Positions 37,149 through 57,690 of a DNA stretch of 64,000 nt are shown piece by piece (positions within the stretch are counted from its first letter, which is position 1; every line of letters begins with the position of its first letter). Origin of the DNA: Macrostomum lignano (taxonomy: Eukaryota); the NCBI GenBank assembly GCA_002269645.1, contig NIVC01000558.1, forward strand, positions 124,001-188,000, in the 5' to 3' direction. The notes beneath the pieces are model-generated. The model ran no database searches and was not told the DNA's origin. It saw nothing but the letters and a program-made list of their open reading frames with translations. Both the position numbers and the translations under genes were made by a program.

Positions 37149-37971
37149 GTCGTCAAGGTGCTTTGAGTCTTTTGAAACAGAAATTCACTGTCTTGATTAG
37201 TCAGGATCGGCTTTCGGGCGCTTGAAAGTAAATGCATTTATAATGTGCTTGTCGCATTTATTGTTCTCCGGTTGCCTTGGAAACGAGTCTTTTCTCTCCA
37301 TTTTGTTTTAATCTCTGCTGTCCTCAATTTGAGATTCACTGTGCGACCGCTTGAAATTCAGGGCAGAAAATTCAATTTAGAGACAGAAGATGGCGACGGA
37401 TAAATAGAGAGCCGAAAAGCTGAAAGCTCACGGGAAGCTGTTATTTTGTGTTTCCGGTGTCGCCCTGGTTTAAAAACAAGCATTGCTCTCAGGCACGTCT
37501 TCGTTGGCAGACCGAGCTCAGTATAGCTGATTAGTAAGCTGTTGGACGTATCTTCACTCGATGTCAGCTGGGAACATCAAGCTTGATCAACCATTAACCT
37601 GACTGCCGCTGTAATGTTTTACGACCTGCACCTGTATCTAACTCTATGGTTGGGCTGCATCCAATTCAACCTCAGCCTGTGCATAACAGTGCCTGCTCGT
37701 GGTGCCTTTGATCCCGTAACAGTACTCAGAGCGAAAGACTAAGCTATTACTAGAATTAAGAGAGATTAAGATTTAGCTCATGTCATAAATTTTTGTAAAA
37801 AAAATGAAACAAAATAGGGGAACGTTTTGTGGCGTCCTAACACAACGAGTAATTCGAAACATTGGAATTCATATATATCGATAGATCGAGATCGAGCTAA
37901 AATTCAAGAGGTAAATCACTTGTTCAGATCTAACAACTGGTTATTCCAAAGATCGATTTATGCAGTTGACA

Positions 37972-38166
37972 TCAGCTAGCTGTGACAGCGTGGCATCAGG
38001 CACAGAACGGTAGACGCGGTGCATGTCTCGGTACAGTCGGCCAGACCAGCAAAACCATGGTATCTGATTATAACGTTTTTGTTAACCGAATCGGTGGGCT
38101 CATTGTTCACCCACAGAGCAGCGTCCACGGTGCCGTAGCAGCCGACCCAGTACCAGCCACCAGCCT
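37972..38166 (-). pseudogene. 3' fragment of a third PAN-C-type lectin paralogue
   Basis: GGWYWVGCYGTVDAALWVNNEPTDSVNKNVIIRYHGFAGLADCTETC. A 20-nt deletion removes the terminal CECVSPFA*. The 3' flank ~37800-37990 matches ~8240-8490. Confidence 0.85.
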
Positions 38167-38409
38167 TTGTTTGAATTTACAAATTCGGCGACAAAAGTTA
38201 ACAACGCAAAAGCCAGTTGGTCAGCTAAAACGCTGTACATTGGTCGCTTGCTTCGTACACAGCACCCCAAGTTGCGCAACACACAAAAACTCAACTCAAG
38301 CCACTCTATTTCAACAACTCTCCGTCTTGTCTTACTGTCGCTTCAAAATTGATTGGTCATTACGCCAGTCAGGTTGTAAACTATTTTTTTTAATTTCCAT
38401 CAGATTTGC

Positions 38410-38783
38410 CAGGGGTCTGCAAACTCCAGTCCGCAGGCCACATGGGGCCTGCAAAGCTTCTCTATCCGGCCTTTGCGGTCCTTTGAAACTGCACAATAGC
38501 AATCCGGCCTGCTCAATTTTTGTCTCTTCTTAGCGCTCTTCTCTCTTCTCGCCTCTCGTCTCCTCTCCTCTCTCTCCTTCATCCTCTCCCTCTCCTTTTT
38601 TTCTACTCTCCTTACCTAATTCATCTCTACTCTCCTCTCGTTTCCTCTTTACTCCTTTATTCCATCGCCTCTCCTTTCTCCTATCTCCCTTCTTTCTTTT
38701 TTCACCTCTCTCATCTCTAGGACCGCAGTCATGCTCTAGGTTCTCTATCTGGCCCTTGAGGTAAAAATGCTTTCCGAACCCTG
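38410..38783. mobile_element. Non-autonomous hAT (Charlie-like) MITE with a CT-rich interior
   Basis: Ends CAGGGGTCTGCAAAC...GCTTTCCGAACCCTG with hAT-typical subterminal CGGCC/GGCCC. The 8-bp TSD is not conserved. Confidence 0.5.
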
Positions 38784-39411
38784 GCATAAGCGAAATGAGC
38801 TATACTGTTCGATACGTGTTATGTCCTCTTCTTCTGCTTCTATACCGACTATTGCCTCCAGGCTACCATCTGACATCAAAGTCAAGTCGAAGAAGCATTA
38901 TTTAAAATACGAGCTGTTCACAAGCTTTATTTGCCTCTAGCCGGCGCACGTTTTGTTTGCCCTTTGTAATACTGTTAGCCTTCGGCTCTTAAAGAAATAA
39001 AAGATTGTACCCTAGACTATAGACAAAAGAAGGGAAGCATTAGTGCATTTGCTAAACCAAAAGTCCATACACAACAATACGACCTTCTGCACCCTGACAA
39101 TCGAAATTCCAGGAGAAGGACAAACAGAAAAGTGTAATATCAAGGACCACTAGAAGATTACGTTACTTAAGTAGTCCTTGTCCGGAGAGCGTCCGCGGTT
39201 GTCACCGAAGAAGAAACAGCGGGCGACTGACAAGCCTTCGACCCTGAATGATTCCTCCTGTTGGCTGGCTTCTCTGCTGGTCTTTCCAGGTCACAATATG
39301 AATAATTATTTAATTATATAGTTATATTATATAACTAATTTAATTGATTAAATAACGGTAGAAGTGATATTTTTTGAATGGCTAGTCCTACTCTTTTCGT
39401 ACCTTGCAATG

Positions 39412-39432
39412 TCTCTCTCTACCTCTCCCTCT

Positions 39433-39498
<66 letters not shown>
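39412..39498. repeat. (CT)n microsatellite
   Basis: Direct. Confidence 0.95.
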
Positions 39499-39501
<3 letters not shown>

Positions 39502-39820
39502 GTCTGGCTGTCTGCTCCTTTTGCTCCGTGCGTTGGCCTTGTGCTTACTTATTTACTTACTTGTTTACTAACTTATTTACTTTTATTAGTTTGTGTTGAC
39601 TCACTTCATTTAGTTCTTTATTATTTGTTTTCATTTATTTAACCTTTAAGAGGCATTTGGGCCCACTGTATTGCGCAATCTCGCTTCAGCCAACCTGTTT
39701 TGACTTTATAGAGTTCTGACTCATAGTTGATGTACATACAGTATGCACATGAGCGATCTCTCCCCCACTTTTCGCTTATATTTATTTGTCGGCTTCTCAC
39801 CTTATTAGTGATATTCATTT

Positions 39821-39859
39821 TTGCCCTGATGAAGAAGTTCATATTCGAAATATCGGCGA
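39821..39859 (+). ncRNA. Minimal type-I hammerhead ribozyme (Penelope-like-element type)
   Basis: TTGCC-CTGATGA-A-GAA(GTTCATA)TTC-GAA-ATAT-C-GGCGA: stem I TTGCC/GGCGA, intact core, 3-bp stem II, palindromic stem III ATAT, AUC cleavage triplet. Confidence 0.7.
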
Positions 39860-39925
39860 CTAACACTCTTTAGCTTTTTTGTTTGGCTTGTTGCTTTGCT
39901 GTGTCAGCGCCTTCGGGATTGGAGG

Positions 39926-40081
39926 CTCTCCCTCTCTCCCTCTCTCCCTCTCTCCCTCTCTCCCTCTCTCCCTCTCTCCCTCTCTCCCTCTCTCCCTCTC
40001 TCCCTCTCTCCCTCTCTCCCTCTCTCCCTCTCTCCCTCTCTCCCTCTCTCCCTCTCTCCCTCTCTCCCTCTCTCCCTCTCT
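39926..40081. repeat. (CCCTCTCT)n 8-bp repeat
   Basis: Direct. Its 3' flank TGTCTGGCTGTCTG.TCCTT is shared with the 39412 microsatellite. Confidence 0.95.
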
Positions 40082-40795
40082 TTGTCTGGCTGTCTGTTCC
40101 TTGTGCTTCGTGCTTCGGCCTTGCTCGCTTTCCCTCCTCTCACTGGTAGGCCACTCAATGTTATCGATTCGCCAATTTTATCTCATTGATAATTACTCGT
40201 AGATATAAAATATCGGAACTGGCTCACTTGAGAGCTTTAAGATGGTTAGGATATCTTAATATCAAGTCTTGCCCTCAGCTCTTACACTTCATAATTTCAC
40301 ATCGACTAATTTTTCCTTGAGTAATGAGCTATCAAAGGTGTTAAACATCTCCAGTTTTATTTTCTCCTACAGGTTGGCTCAATTTTTCACCCTCTCAACA
40401 AAATTGAAGTGTTTATTAACTGACAGGATAATGTTTAAATATTTTCTTTTGGTAGCTTCATAAGTCCAAAACCGTTGTCTTAGAGAGAACGGACACCTGC
40501 TTCAGAGACTCAGGGGAGATTGGAAAAGAATGACAACTGCAGCACGTCAATCATTTCTAATTTGATGTCCTACAACTGAAAAAAATCTGCTGGCATCAGT
40601 AAAGTTGTGTGCAGCGGTTGCCAAAGCAGAGAGCCAATTGAGGCGAGGAGCTACGGATAGAAAAGAAACTCTTGAAAAGGCAACGCTTCTAAGAAGAAAC
40701 TCTCTCAAAGAAGCCATAAATTTTTGAGTTGCAACTCGCATGAAAGCAGCTCCGTCTGTCGAGTTTACCGCCGTAGTTTCTTCAGCGTTGACAAT

Positions 40796-41533
40796 ATGAG
40801 CATGAATCTCCTGACAATGTTCTTGGCTCTGGGCCTCACGCTCGGCAGTGACAACCAGCAGCTGTATGTTCTCATCAACGGATATCTCTGCATCAATGGC
40901 GAGTTTGTTGAGACCTACTCAAGCGAAATCAGCAAAGTCGAGTGCGCCGCTCTGTGCTCCCAAAACCAGCGCTGTCAGGCGTTCAGTCTGGCTGACGGTC
41001 CGTGCCAGCTGTTCGTGTTCGACAAGTGCAGCAAGTCGGTGAGGAGCTGCGGCTGCTCCAGGAGAGGCCGGGTGTTTGTCAAGCAGCGGCCGGGACTCGA
41101 GGCGGGCGCGCTGTGTCCGTCTGGCTACGGCATGGACCTGTGCGGAGTGAAGTACAGGCTGTACTCTGGCATCGGGACGTGGTGGCCGAGCAGGCAGAAG
41201 TGCGAGTCAGAGAGCGGTCTGGTCATCATGGCCGACGTGACCAGCGAGCAGGAGATGAGCCACGTGGACTCGATCTACTCGAACTACAGCTCTGGACAAT
41301 CGATTTGGCTCGGAGGCCTCCAGCCAGCAGGCAGTGCTGAGCCTCTGGGCGGCTGGTACTGGGTCGGCTGCAATGGCACCGTGGACGCTGCTCTGTGGGC
41401 CTACGGTGAGCCCAACAATGGGCTTGACGAAAACGTTATATTCAGCTACCATGGTTCCGCTGGTCTGTCCGACTGTCCCGAGACATGGACTGTGTCTGCC
41501 GTTCTGTGCGAGTGCGTCTCGCCCTTCGCCTGA
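40796..41533 (+). CDS. Secreted PAN/apple + atypical C-type lectin domain protein, intronless, 245 aa (paralogue B)
   Basis: About 89% identical to 8501-9238 by hand alignment. Carries a GEPN motif. Confidence 0.85.
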   Translation: MSMNLLTMFLALGLTLGSDNQQLYVLINGYLCINGEFVETYSSEISKVECAALCSQNQRCQAFSLADGPCQLFVFDKCSKSVRSCGCSRRGRVFVKQRPGLEAGALCPSGYGMDLCGVKYRLYSGIGTWWPSRQKCESESGLVIMADVTSEQEMSHVDSIYSNYSSGQSIWLGGLQPAGSAEPLGGWYWVGCNGTVDAALWAYGEPNNGLDENVIFSYHGSAGLSDCPETWTVSAVLCECVSPFA

Positions 41534-42304
41534 TGCCCGGATGCTGCGCTGTGACAACAAGCTGATGCCCATTTCAGAGATCGATCTTTGGAACTCGTAA
41601 CCCGTTGTTAAACCTATCGTGCCGAGCATTGGATTTACGAGTACTATGAGTAGCAATGAATTGGTTTATCGCAGCCATGCCTTTATGTAAATCTTTTTTA
41701 AAGTGGCTTTTTCGTGTGTCACAAAAATAAAGGACCTGCCCAAAGGCACTAGTACATGCGTTGAGCCTTAGAGATACGAACTTTTTTTTAAGAAAAGAAG
41801 TACTAGTAAACATTTTCAAAACGTTAAATGAATGATTCTACAGATTTCTTTTCATGATCTGCCCGAATCGAGAACAAAGTAATAAAAAATAAATGTAATT
41901 ATTTCCTAATTTTACATTTGAAGCACATTACCAAATACAAGGATGAAAAATATGACTTAGACCTTCAAAGCCGAAGTATAACGTCATAATTTGTCGGCGT
42001 AATAGAAAAATGCCCATTTGCTAGTGACGTGAATGGATGTCGGAAACGTTTTTGCTGTAGCCATGATCAGGTTGCCAGCCTGACCAGGGAGAGGTGCTGG
42101 GTGTTGTATCACTCCCTTCACGCTGTTGTGTGGTATTTAGCGATAACGTCTTTGGCGCCACCAGCCCGCCTCAACGACGAACCAGAGGTTTTACGGAGTG
42201 GGATTGGCTGACTTTGGCGGAATTACCATGGTGCATCGGTGGAAGTCGGTTTGTTGAACAATTATCAGACAATTTTTACGCTATTCCGTAAATATAGCTG
42301 TGTG

Positions 42305-42543
42305 GCCGCCCCCCCAAAATAGCTTGACCGAACATATTGCGCCCCCCAAAAACCTAAATTTGCGACCCCTAAACGTGATTTTTCGCCCCCTATACGCATT
42401 TTTTGCGCCCCTAAGCTTGATTTTTCGCCCCCTACGCACATTTTTGCGCCCCCTAGCTTAAAAATTGGCGCCCCTTCCACTCGTGTTGGCGCCCCAAACT
42501 TGGACCGCCCCTCCCCCAAAATGAAACTCTGGATCCGCCACTG
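42305..42543. mobile_element. One end of a non-autonomous DNA-transposon-like element with ~30-bp GCGCCCCC subrepeats, terminating GGATCCGCCACTG
   Basis: The terminal motif resembles common invertebrate MITE ends. The other end was not found. Confidence 0.4.
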
Positions 42544-44456
42544 ACTATCCGCATCAATACTAAAAAGCTTATTAACGCAACGTCGTTCCATAGAGAACCC
42601 CTTGTGTAGAGACACGGAAAACCAGGCAAATTCCGTAGCTGTCGAGAAGTCTCCTGAATTTAAGCTGGCTCCCTAGCTGTGCACCTTCACTGTCACCGCA
42701 ACCGACATCAAAGGCACCGCACTACACCCTGTTCTCTGATGCAGGCGCTCAATACAAAGTGGCAAAGTTGGGGAATGGTCGAGTCATTTTTATAACCTGG
42801 CCTATTGACGATGTAAACATTGATATTAATATGATAAAGACGAAAATAAGAAGATTGGATCTCCGGGTGGTAATGAATCCATTAGAACATCGGGACGAAG
42901 AGCGACGCCGCGCGGTCGACCGAGCCCTTTGGCTTCTACAGTGACAGGCCTCTTCGAGTGGCGGACGTTGAATAAGAATGAAGATACACTTGAAGACAAT
43001 TTTTCATGTATATTTTGACTTGTTGGGTTTGCAGTAGCCTTGTCACTCATATCAATTCCATGCAATGGAGGGCTCAGCACGTCTGTGTTGCATGAGACAG
43101 ACCAGGCTTGCGAGCTAATGTCTGCAAAGATCCTACACAACTGAACTTCCTCTACTGCGTTGCAGGAATGCTAGGAGAACTCTTTCTAAGCTCACTCACA
43201 AGCCGACCCATCCAATGGTCTTGGCTTCTGTCTTGGCCATTTTTGGGTACGGATGGGCCCGGATGTGAACATGTTCGTATCAGGTACTTCTGGCCACGGC
43301 TCTGAGGAACAGGTGGTATCACCCTCTGACCTTAACAGGGTACTTGTATGCGGCCAGTCCGCAGGTTCCGGAGACATCCTTCTTGTCTCCCTTAGGGGCC
43401 CAGTGTAGTACCACGCTGATGGACCTACGGTTCAGCTTCTGGCTCTTAGCCGGTGAGCTTCTCGGTTGCTAGCGGAGAGGGCGGAAAGGGCCTAAGCTAC
43501 CCCCGATCTCTATTCTTTTGACTGGCTGTTGGGTTTGGTGTTACGGCCCCAGAAGCTTCTCACCTCTAGTCCCCATTCGTCTTTTAGCGACTCATAGAGT
43601 ATTCATTTACTCCCGACGCGTCCCTTGAGGCTGCTGGAGCGCCAACCGAGGTTATTCGTAACACCGGAACTTCCGGTGACTCTCACTCAGACCTTGCCGC
43701 CACTCAGGACATTTGTACCGAAGTGACTGGAAAATAGTGCAGCAGGCCTCAGACCTAAGAGCAAGGCCCGTAGCTTCAAAGATATAAAAATTTTAATGTT
43801 GGCTATGATAATATTTAGAATAAACCAAAAATTATGCAAGAAAACTTATGTTGTGTATACAATATATACGCTTGTAAATTGTGACTGACACCATTGGATT
43901 AGAAAATCAATGATTTTGAATAAAGTCATGTTCATGATGCAGTTATAATTTATAGAAAAATCGCAATACATGAGTAAGTCAAATGACAGAGCAAACGTAT
44001 TAAGATTCTTTGTTGGTATCTGGTATCTACCGCACAAAACATAGTGCGGTAGATACCAGCAAAAATGTACAATAATGAATATGCTTTTTCAAAGAATATT
44101 TTATGATCGTTATAGCTTGTTTAATTAAAATTACAGTGGAAAGTATTTATCCAAACAACAATGAGATACTCGTAGTTCCACTTATTGTCTAGGCTTTTTG
44201 TTTTAGTTTAATTGTAACAATTTAAAAAATTTACAATTCTCTCAAAGTGACGTCCGAAGTTGCGTTTGCGTTAGCGGCTATTTATTCCGGATTTCAAAAA
44301 TAGCGTCGTAGTAATTAAAAGACGACACCGTGTATTCTACTACTCAAACCTTCAGTGTGAGCGTAGTTCTATAGTGAAGAAATTGTCAGGTAAATTCTCA
44401 GCCACTTCTGACTTTTAACCATTAAAAAGTGCAAATCAAGTTCTCGACAGTTATAC

Positions 44457-52271
<7,815 letters not shown>

Positions 52272-52386
52272 GCAGTCTCTCGACTTTGAGACACCGCCTG
52301 TCCGGCTTGCTGCTTTCAACCTGTGATGTGGTGAGTGGATAATCAAAGAAGCATTCAAAGATAGACAGAATTTCTGCTCTCCACTG

Positions 52387-53077
<691 letters not shown>

Positions 53078-53809
53078 CATCCGCCTACACTAGTTATCAC
53101 AAAAAACTGGACCCGTAGTACGCCAACGCGCCTCAATTTAGCCACACGAAATCCGATATCCAACTCAATTTCATGGACGGGTGGAACTACAACTCCACCA
53201 ACTCCCCCCGCCCGTCAATTCACTCTCTCTTTATCTGTCTCTCTGTTATCTCAGTCCTCACCTTATCTCATGCCCAGCCTCAGTCAGAATGGCATGAGCT
53301 TAGCATTAGCATACAGACTGCTCACCCTCCGGCTCACACCGCGCACTATTCTCAGCATCAAAATGCTCAGCTCTAAAATATTCCACATCCGCGTTCAAAG
53401 AAGCTGGCACGGATAATGGCGGCTATCAGATCGCCAGCGCGTCTAATGCCTGTCACTCTTCTAAGCGTGGCAGTTTGTGCGGGGCGGAGCTCAGCTGCAC
53501 TGATGAGGATAATTAAATGGGGACAGCTGGGGATCGTCGGGGGATCGGCATCGGCAAGAGACGATGGAAGCGGACAACAGATGGACGCGATCAAAGGCGT
53601 GAAGACTGAGTTGCATTTAGTGCCTACTAAAGGTTGAGGTTTAGCGCTTAAAGTGGAAAAAGTGGAAATAGTGAAAACCGTAACTATTGCTAATAACCAT
53701 TTTCTATAGTGAATGCACACAAACAATTTTACTTTTTATAATGGGAATTATATACTGTGAGTTATAGTACCTGTCAGTATGTCTGTTTCAGTGTCGATCT
53801 GTCTTTTTG

Positions 53810-56277
53810 TCTGTCTGTCTTAATGCCAATCTGTCTTAGTGTCAGTCTGTCTTAATGTAAATCTGTCTTAGTGTCAGTCTGTCTTAATGTCAGTCTGTTT
53901 TAGTGTCAGTCTGTTTTAGTGTCAGTCTGTCCTAATGTCAATCTTTCTTAGTGTCAGTCTGTCTTAATGTCAATCTGTCTTAGTGTCAGTCTTTCTTAGT
54001 GTCAGTCTGTTTTAGTGTCAGTCTGTCCTAATGTCAATCTGCCTTAGTGTCAGTCTGTCCTAATGTCAATCTGTCTTAGTGTCAGTCTGTCTTAGTGTCA
54101 GTCTGTCCTAATGTCAATCTGCCTTAGTGTCAGTCTGTCCTAATGTCAATCTGTCTTAGTGTCAGTCTGTCTTAGTGTCAGTCTGTCCTAATGTCAATCT
54201 TTCTTAGTGTCAGTCTGTCTTAATGTCAATCTGTCTTAGTGTCAGTCTGTCTTAGTGTCAGTCTGTTTTAGTGTCAGTCTGTCCTAATGTCAATCTGCCT
54301 TAGTGTCAGTCTGTCCTAATGTCAATCTGTCTTAGTGTCAGTCTGTCTTAGTGTCAGTCTGTTTTAGTGTCAGTCTGTCCTAATGTCAATCTGCCTTAGT
54401 GTCAGTCTGTCCTAATGTCAATCTGTCTTAGTGTCAGTCTGTCTTAGTGTCAGTCTGTCCTAATGTCAATCTTTCTTAGTGTCAGTCTGTCTTAATGTCA
54501 ATCTGTCTTAGTGTCAGTCTGTCTTAGTGTCAGTCTGTCTTAGTGTCAGTCTGTCTTAGTGTCAGTCAGTTTTAGTGTCAATCTGCCTTAGTGTCAGTCT
54601 GTCTTAATGTCAATCTGTCTTAGTGTCAATCTGTCTTAGTGTCAGTCTGTCTTAATGTCAATCTGTCTTAGTGTCTGTCTGTCTTAGTGTCAGTCTGTTT
54701 TAGTGTCAATCTGCCTTAGTGTCAGTCTGTCTTAGAGTCAGTTTGTCTTAATGTCAGTCTGTCTTAGTGCCAGTCTGTCTTAGTGTCAGTCTGTTTTAGC
54801 GTCAATCTGCCTTAGTGTCAATTTGCCTTAGTGTCAGTCTGTCTTAATGTCAATCCCTCTTAGTGTCAGTCTGTCTTAGTGTCAGTCTGTTTTAGCGTCA
54901 ATCTGCCTTAGTGTCAATTTGCCTTAGTGTCAGTCTGTCTTAATGTCAATCCCTCTTAGTGTCAGTCTGTCTTAATGTCAGTCTGTCTTAGTGCCAGTCT
55001 GTCTTAGTGTCAATTTGCCTTAGTGTCAGTCTGTCTTAATGTCAATCCCTCTTAGTGTCAGTCTGTCTTAATGTCAGTCTGTCTTAGTGCCAGTCTGTCT
55101 TAGTGTCAGTCTGTTTTAGCGTCAATCTGCCTTAGTGTCAATCTGTCTTAATGTCAATCTGTCTTAGTGTCAATCTGTCTTAGTGTCAGTCTGTCTTAGT
55201 GTCAGTCAGTTTTAGTGTCAATCTGCCTTAGTGTCAGTCTGTCTTAATGTCAATCTGTCTTAGTGTCAGTCTGTCTTAGTGTCAGTCAGTTTTAGTGTCA
55301 ATCTGCCTTAGTGTCAGTCTGTCTTAATGTCAATCCCTCTTAGTGTCAGTCTGTCTTAGTGTCAGTCTGTTTTAGCGTCAATCTGCCTTAGTGTCAATTT
55401 GCCTTAGTGTCAGTCTGTCTTAATGTCAATCCCTCTTAGTGTCAGTCTGTCTTAATGTCAGTCTGTCTTAGTGCCAGTCTGTCTTAGTGTCAATTTGCCT
55501 TAGTGTCAGTCTGTCTTAATGTCAATCCCTCTTAGTGTCAGTCTGTCTTAATGTCAGTCTGTCTTAGTGTCAGTCTGTCTTAGTGTCAGTCTGTTTTAGT
55601 GTCAATCTGCCTTAGTGTCAGTCTGTCTTAATGTCAATCTGTCTTAGTTTCAGTCTGTCTTAGTGTCAGTCTGTCTTAGAGTCAGTCTGTCTTAATGTCA
55701 ATCTGTCTTAGTGTCAATCTGTCTTAGTGTCAGTCTGTCTTAATGTCAATCTGTCTTAGTGTCAGTCTGTCTTAATGTCAATCTGTCTTAGTGTCAATCT
55801 GTCTTAGTGTCAGTCTGTCTTAATGTCAGTCTGTCTTAGTGTCAGTCTGTCTTAGTGTCAGTCTGTCTTAGTGTCAGTCTGTCTTAGTGTCAGTCTGTCT
55901 TAGTGTCAGTCTGTTTTAGTGTCAATCTGCCTTAGTGTCAGTCTGTCTTAATGTCAATCTGTCTTAGTGTCAGTCTGTCTTAATGTCAATCTGTCTTAGT
56001 GTCAATCTGTCTTAGTGTCAGTCTGTCTTAATGTCAGTCTGTCTTAGTGTCAGTCTGTCTTAGTGTCAGTCTGTCTTAGTGTCAGTCTGTCTTAGTGTCA
56101 GTCTGTCTTAGTGTCAGTCTGTTTTAGTGTCAATCTGCCTTAGTGTCAGTCTGTCTTAATGTCAATCTGTCTTAGTGTCAGTCTGTCTTAGTGTCAGTCA
56201 GTTTTAGTGTCAGTCTGTCTTAGTGTCAGTCAGTTTTAGTGTCAGTCTGTCTTAGTGTCAGTCTGTCTGACACTAAG
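53810..56277. repeat. 16-bp satellite (TGTCAGTCTGTCTTAG), ~150 copies, ending in an inverted unit
   Basis: Direct. Confidence 0.97.
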
Positions 56278-57149
56278 TGGTCAGCGAAACGGGCAATGAT
56301 TTGCTCACTTCTTTTTTGACGGCCTTGATTCACACGGCAATGGATTCACACACAGTAGACGATTAAATTCACGGATGCAAAGTATTAAGGCAATAAGTTC
56401 TACCGTTTCAAATAGGCTATTCTTAGCATAAAGTAAGAGAATATGAACTTTTCCCTTTATTAGATATATTCCGATATGTTGTCAATAGCGCATCTTTTGG
56501 AGCTGAAAGCCTCTTCAGCCTCTTTAGCGTCGCATTCCCTTCTTTAGTGAGAGAGTCAGATTTCCGTCATCTTCTTATCCGGGAAATCAGCTTCCCAGCC
56601 TCATCTTGATGCTAAGGGGGTGTGAGAAACACGGATCCCAGTTCGCACCAAGATTATGTTGTTGCCTGCCTGCCTGCCTGCCTGCCTGTCTGTCTTCCTA
56701 ATGACAACTGCTGCTTCGTCTAGAAGCAAGTTTATTTCTCTTTTCTTTGAAAAATTTCCCTTGGGCCAAGTCGGGACGAGTCTGTGGGAATCCGGTTTAA
56801 ACATTCCCAGCTATCTGGAGGGACTGCATAAGTGTCTGAAATCTGGAACTTCTGGGGAAAATTGGGAGAGAAAGAATCGCTCGCTTTGGCACAGTTTCTG
56901 GCCCCACTTACAAATAGAGAGAGAGGGAGGATGAAGTTCGATACCACGGAGCACTGCGCATAGCGAAGATCAAATTAGCGAGGCCCCGCCCACTTTCCTG
57001 ATGGCGGCCTCGACTGCCGCAAGCACCGGGTGGGGAAAAGTGTAACTTTTAACTAGGGAGTCTGTTATTACAGAAGTGGATGGATTGCCCTGTGTGTTAG
57101 CTTATAGGGCAGTATGACAGATATGGGCTATGGGGCCAAAGGATGCTTT

Positions 57150-57690
57150 TATGATCAAGGATGTGTGTACTAACTAATGATGCTTAATGATCGAGGATGC
57201 ATGTACTATCTGATGATGCCGAATGATCAAGGATGCACGTACTATCTGATGATGCCGAATGATCAAGGATGTATGTAATATCTAAGGATGCTTAATGATC
57301 AAGGATGTGTGTACTAACTAATGATGCTTAATGATCAAGGATGTGTGTAATAACCAAGGATGCTTAATGATCAAGGATGTGTGTACTAACTAATGATGCT
57401 TAATGATTAGGGATGTGTGTACTAACTAATGATGCTTAATGATCAAGGATGTGTGTACTAACTAATGATGCTTAATGATCAAGGATGTGTGTACTAACTA
57501 TTGATGCTTAATGATCGAGGATGTATGTAATTTCAAATGATGCCTACTGATCAAGGATGAATGTAATATCTAAGGACGCCTAATGATCAAGGATGTACAT
57601 GTATGTAATAGCTAGGGACGCTTAATGATCAAGGATGTATGCAATAAGTGTATCTAAGGACGCTTAGTGATCAAGGTTGTATCTAATAAC
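57150..57690. repeat. 36-bp minisatellite (ATGATCAAGGATGTGTGTACTAACTAATGATGCTTA), ~14 copies
   Basis: Direct. Confidence 0.92.
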
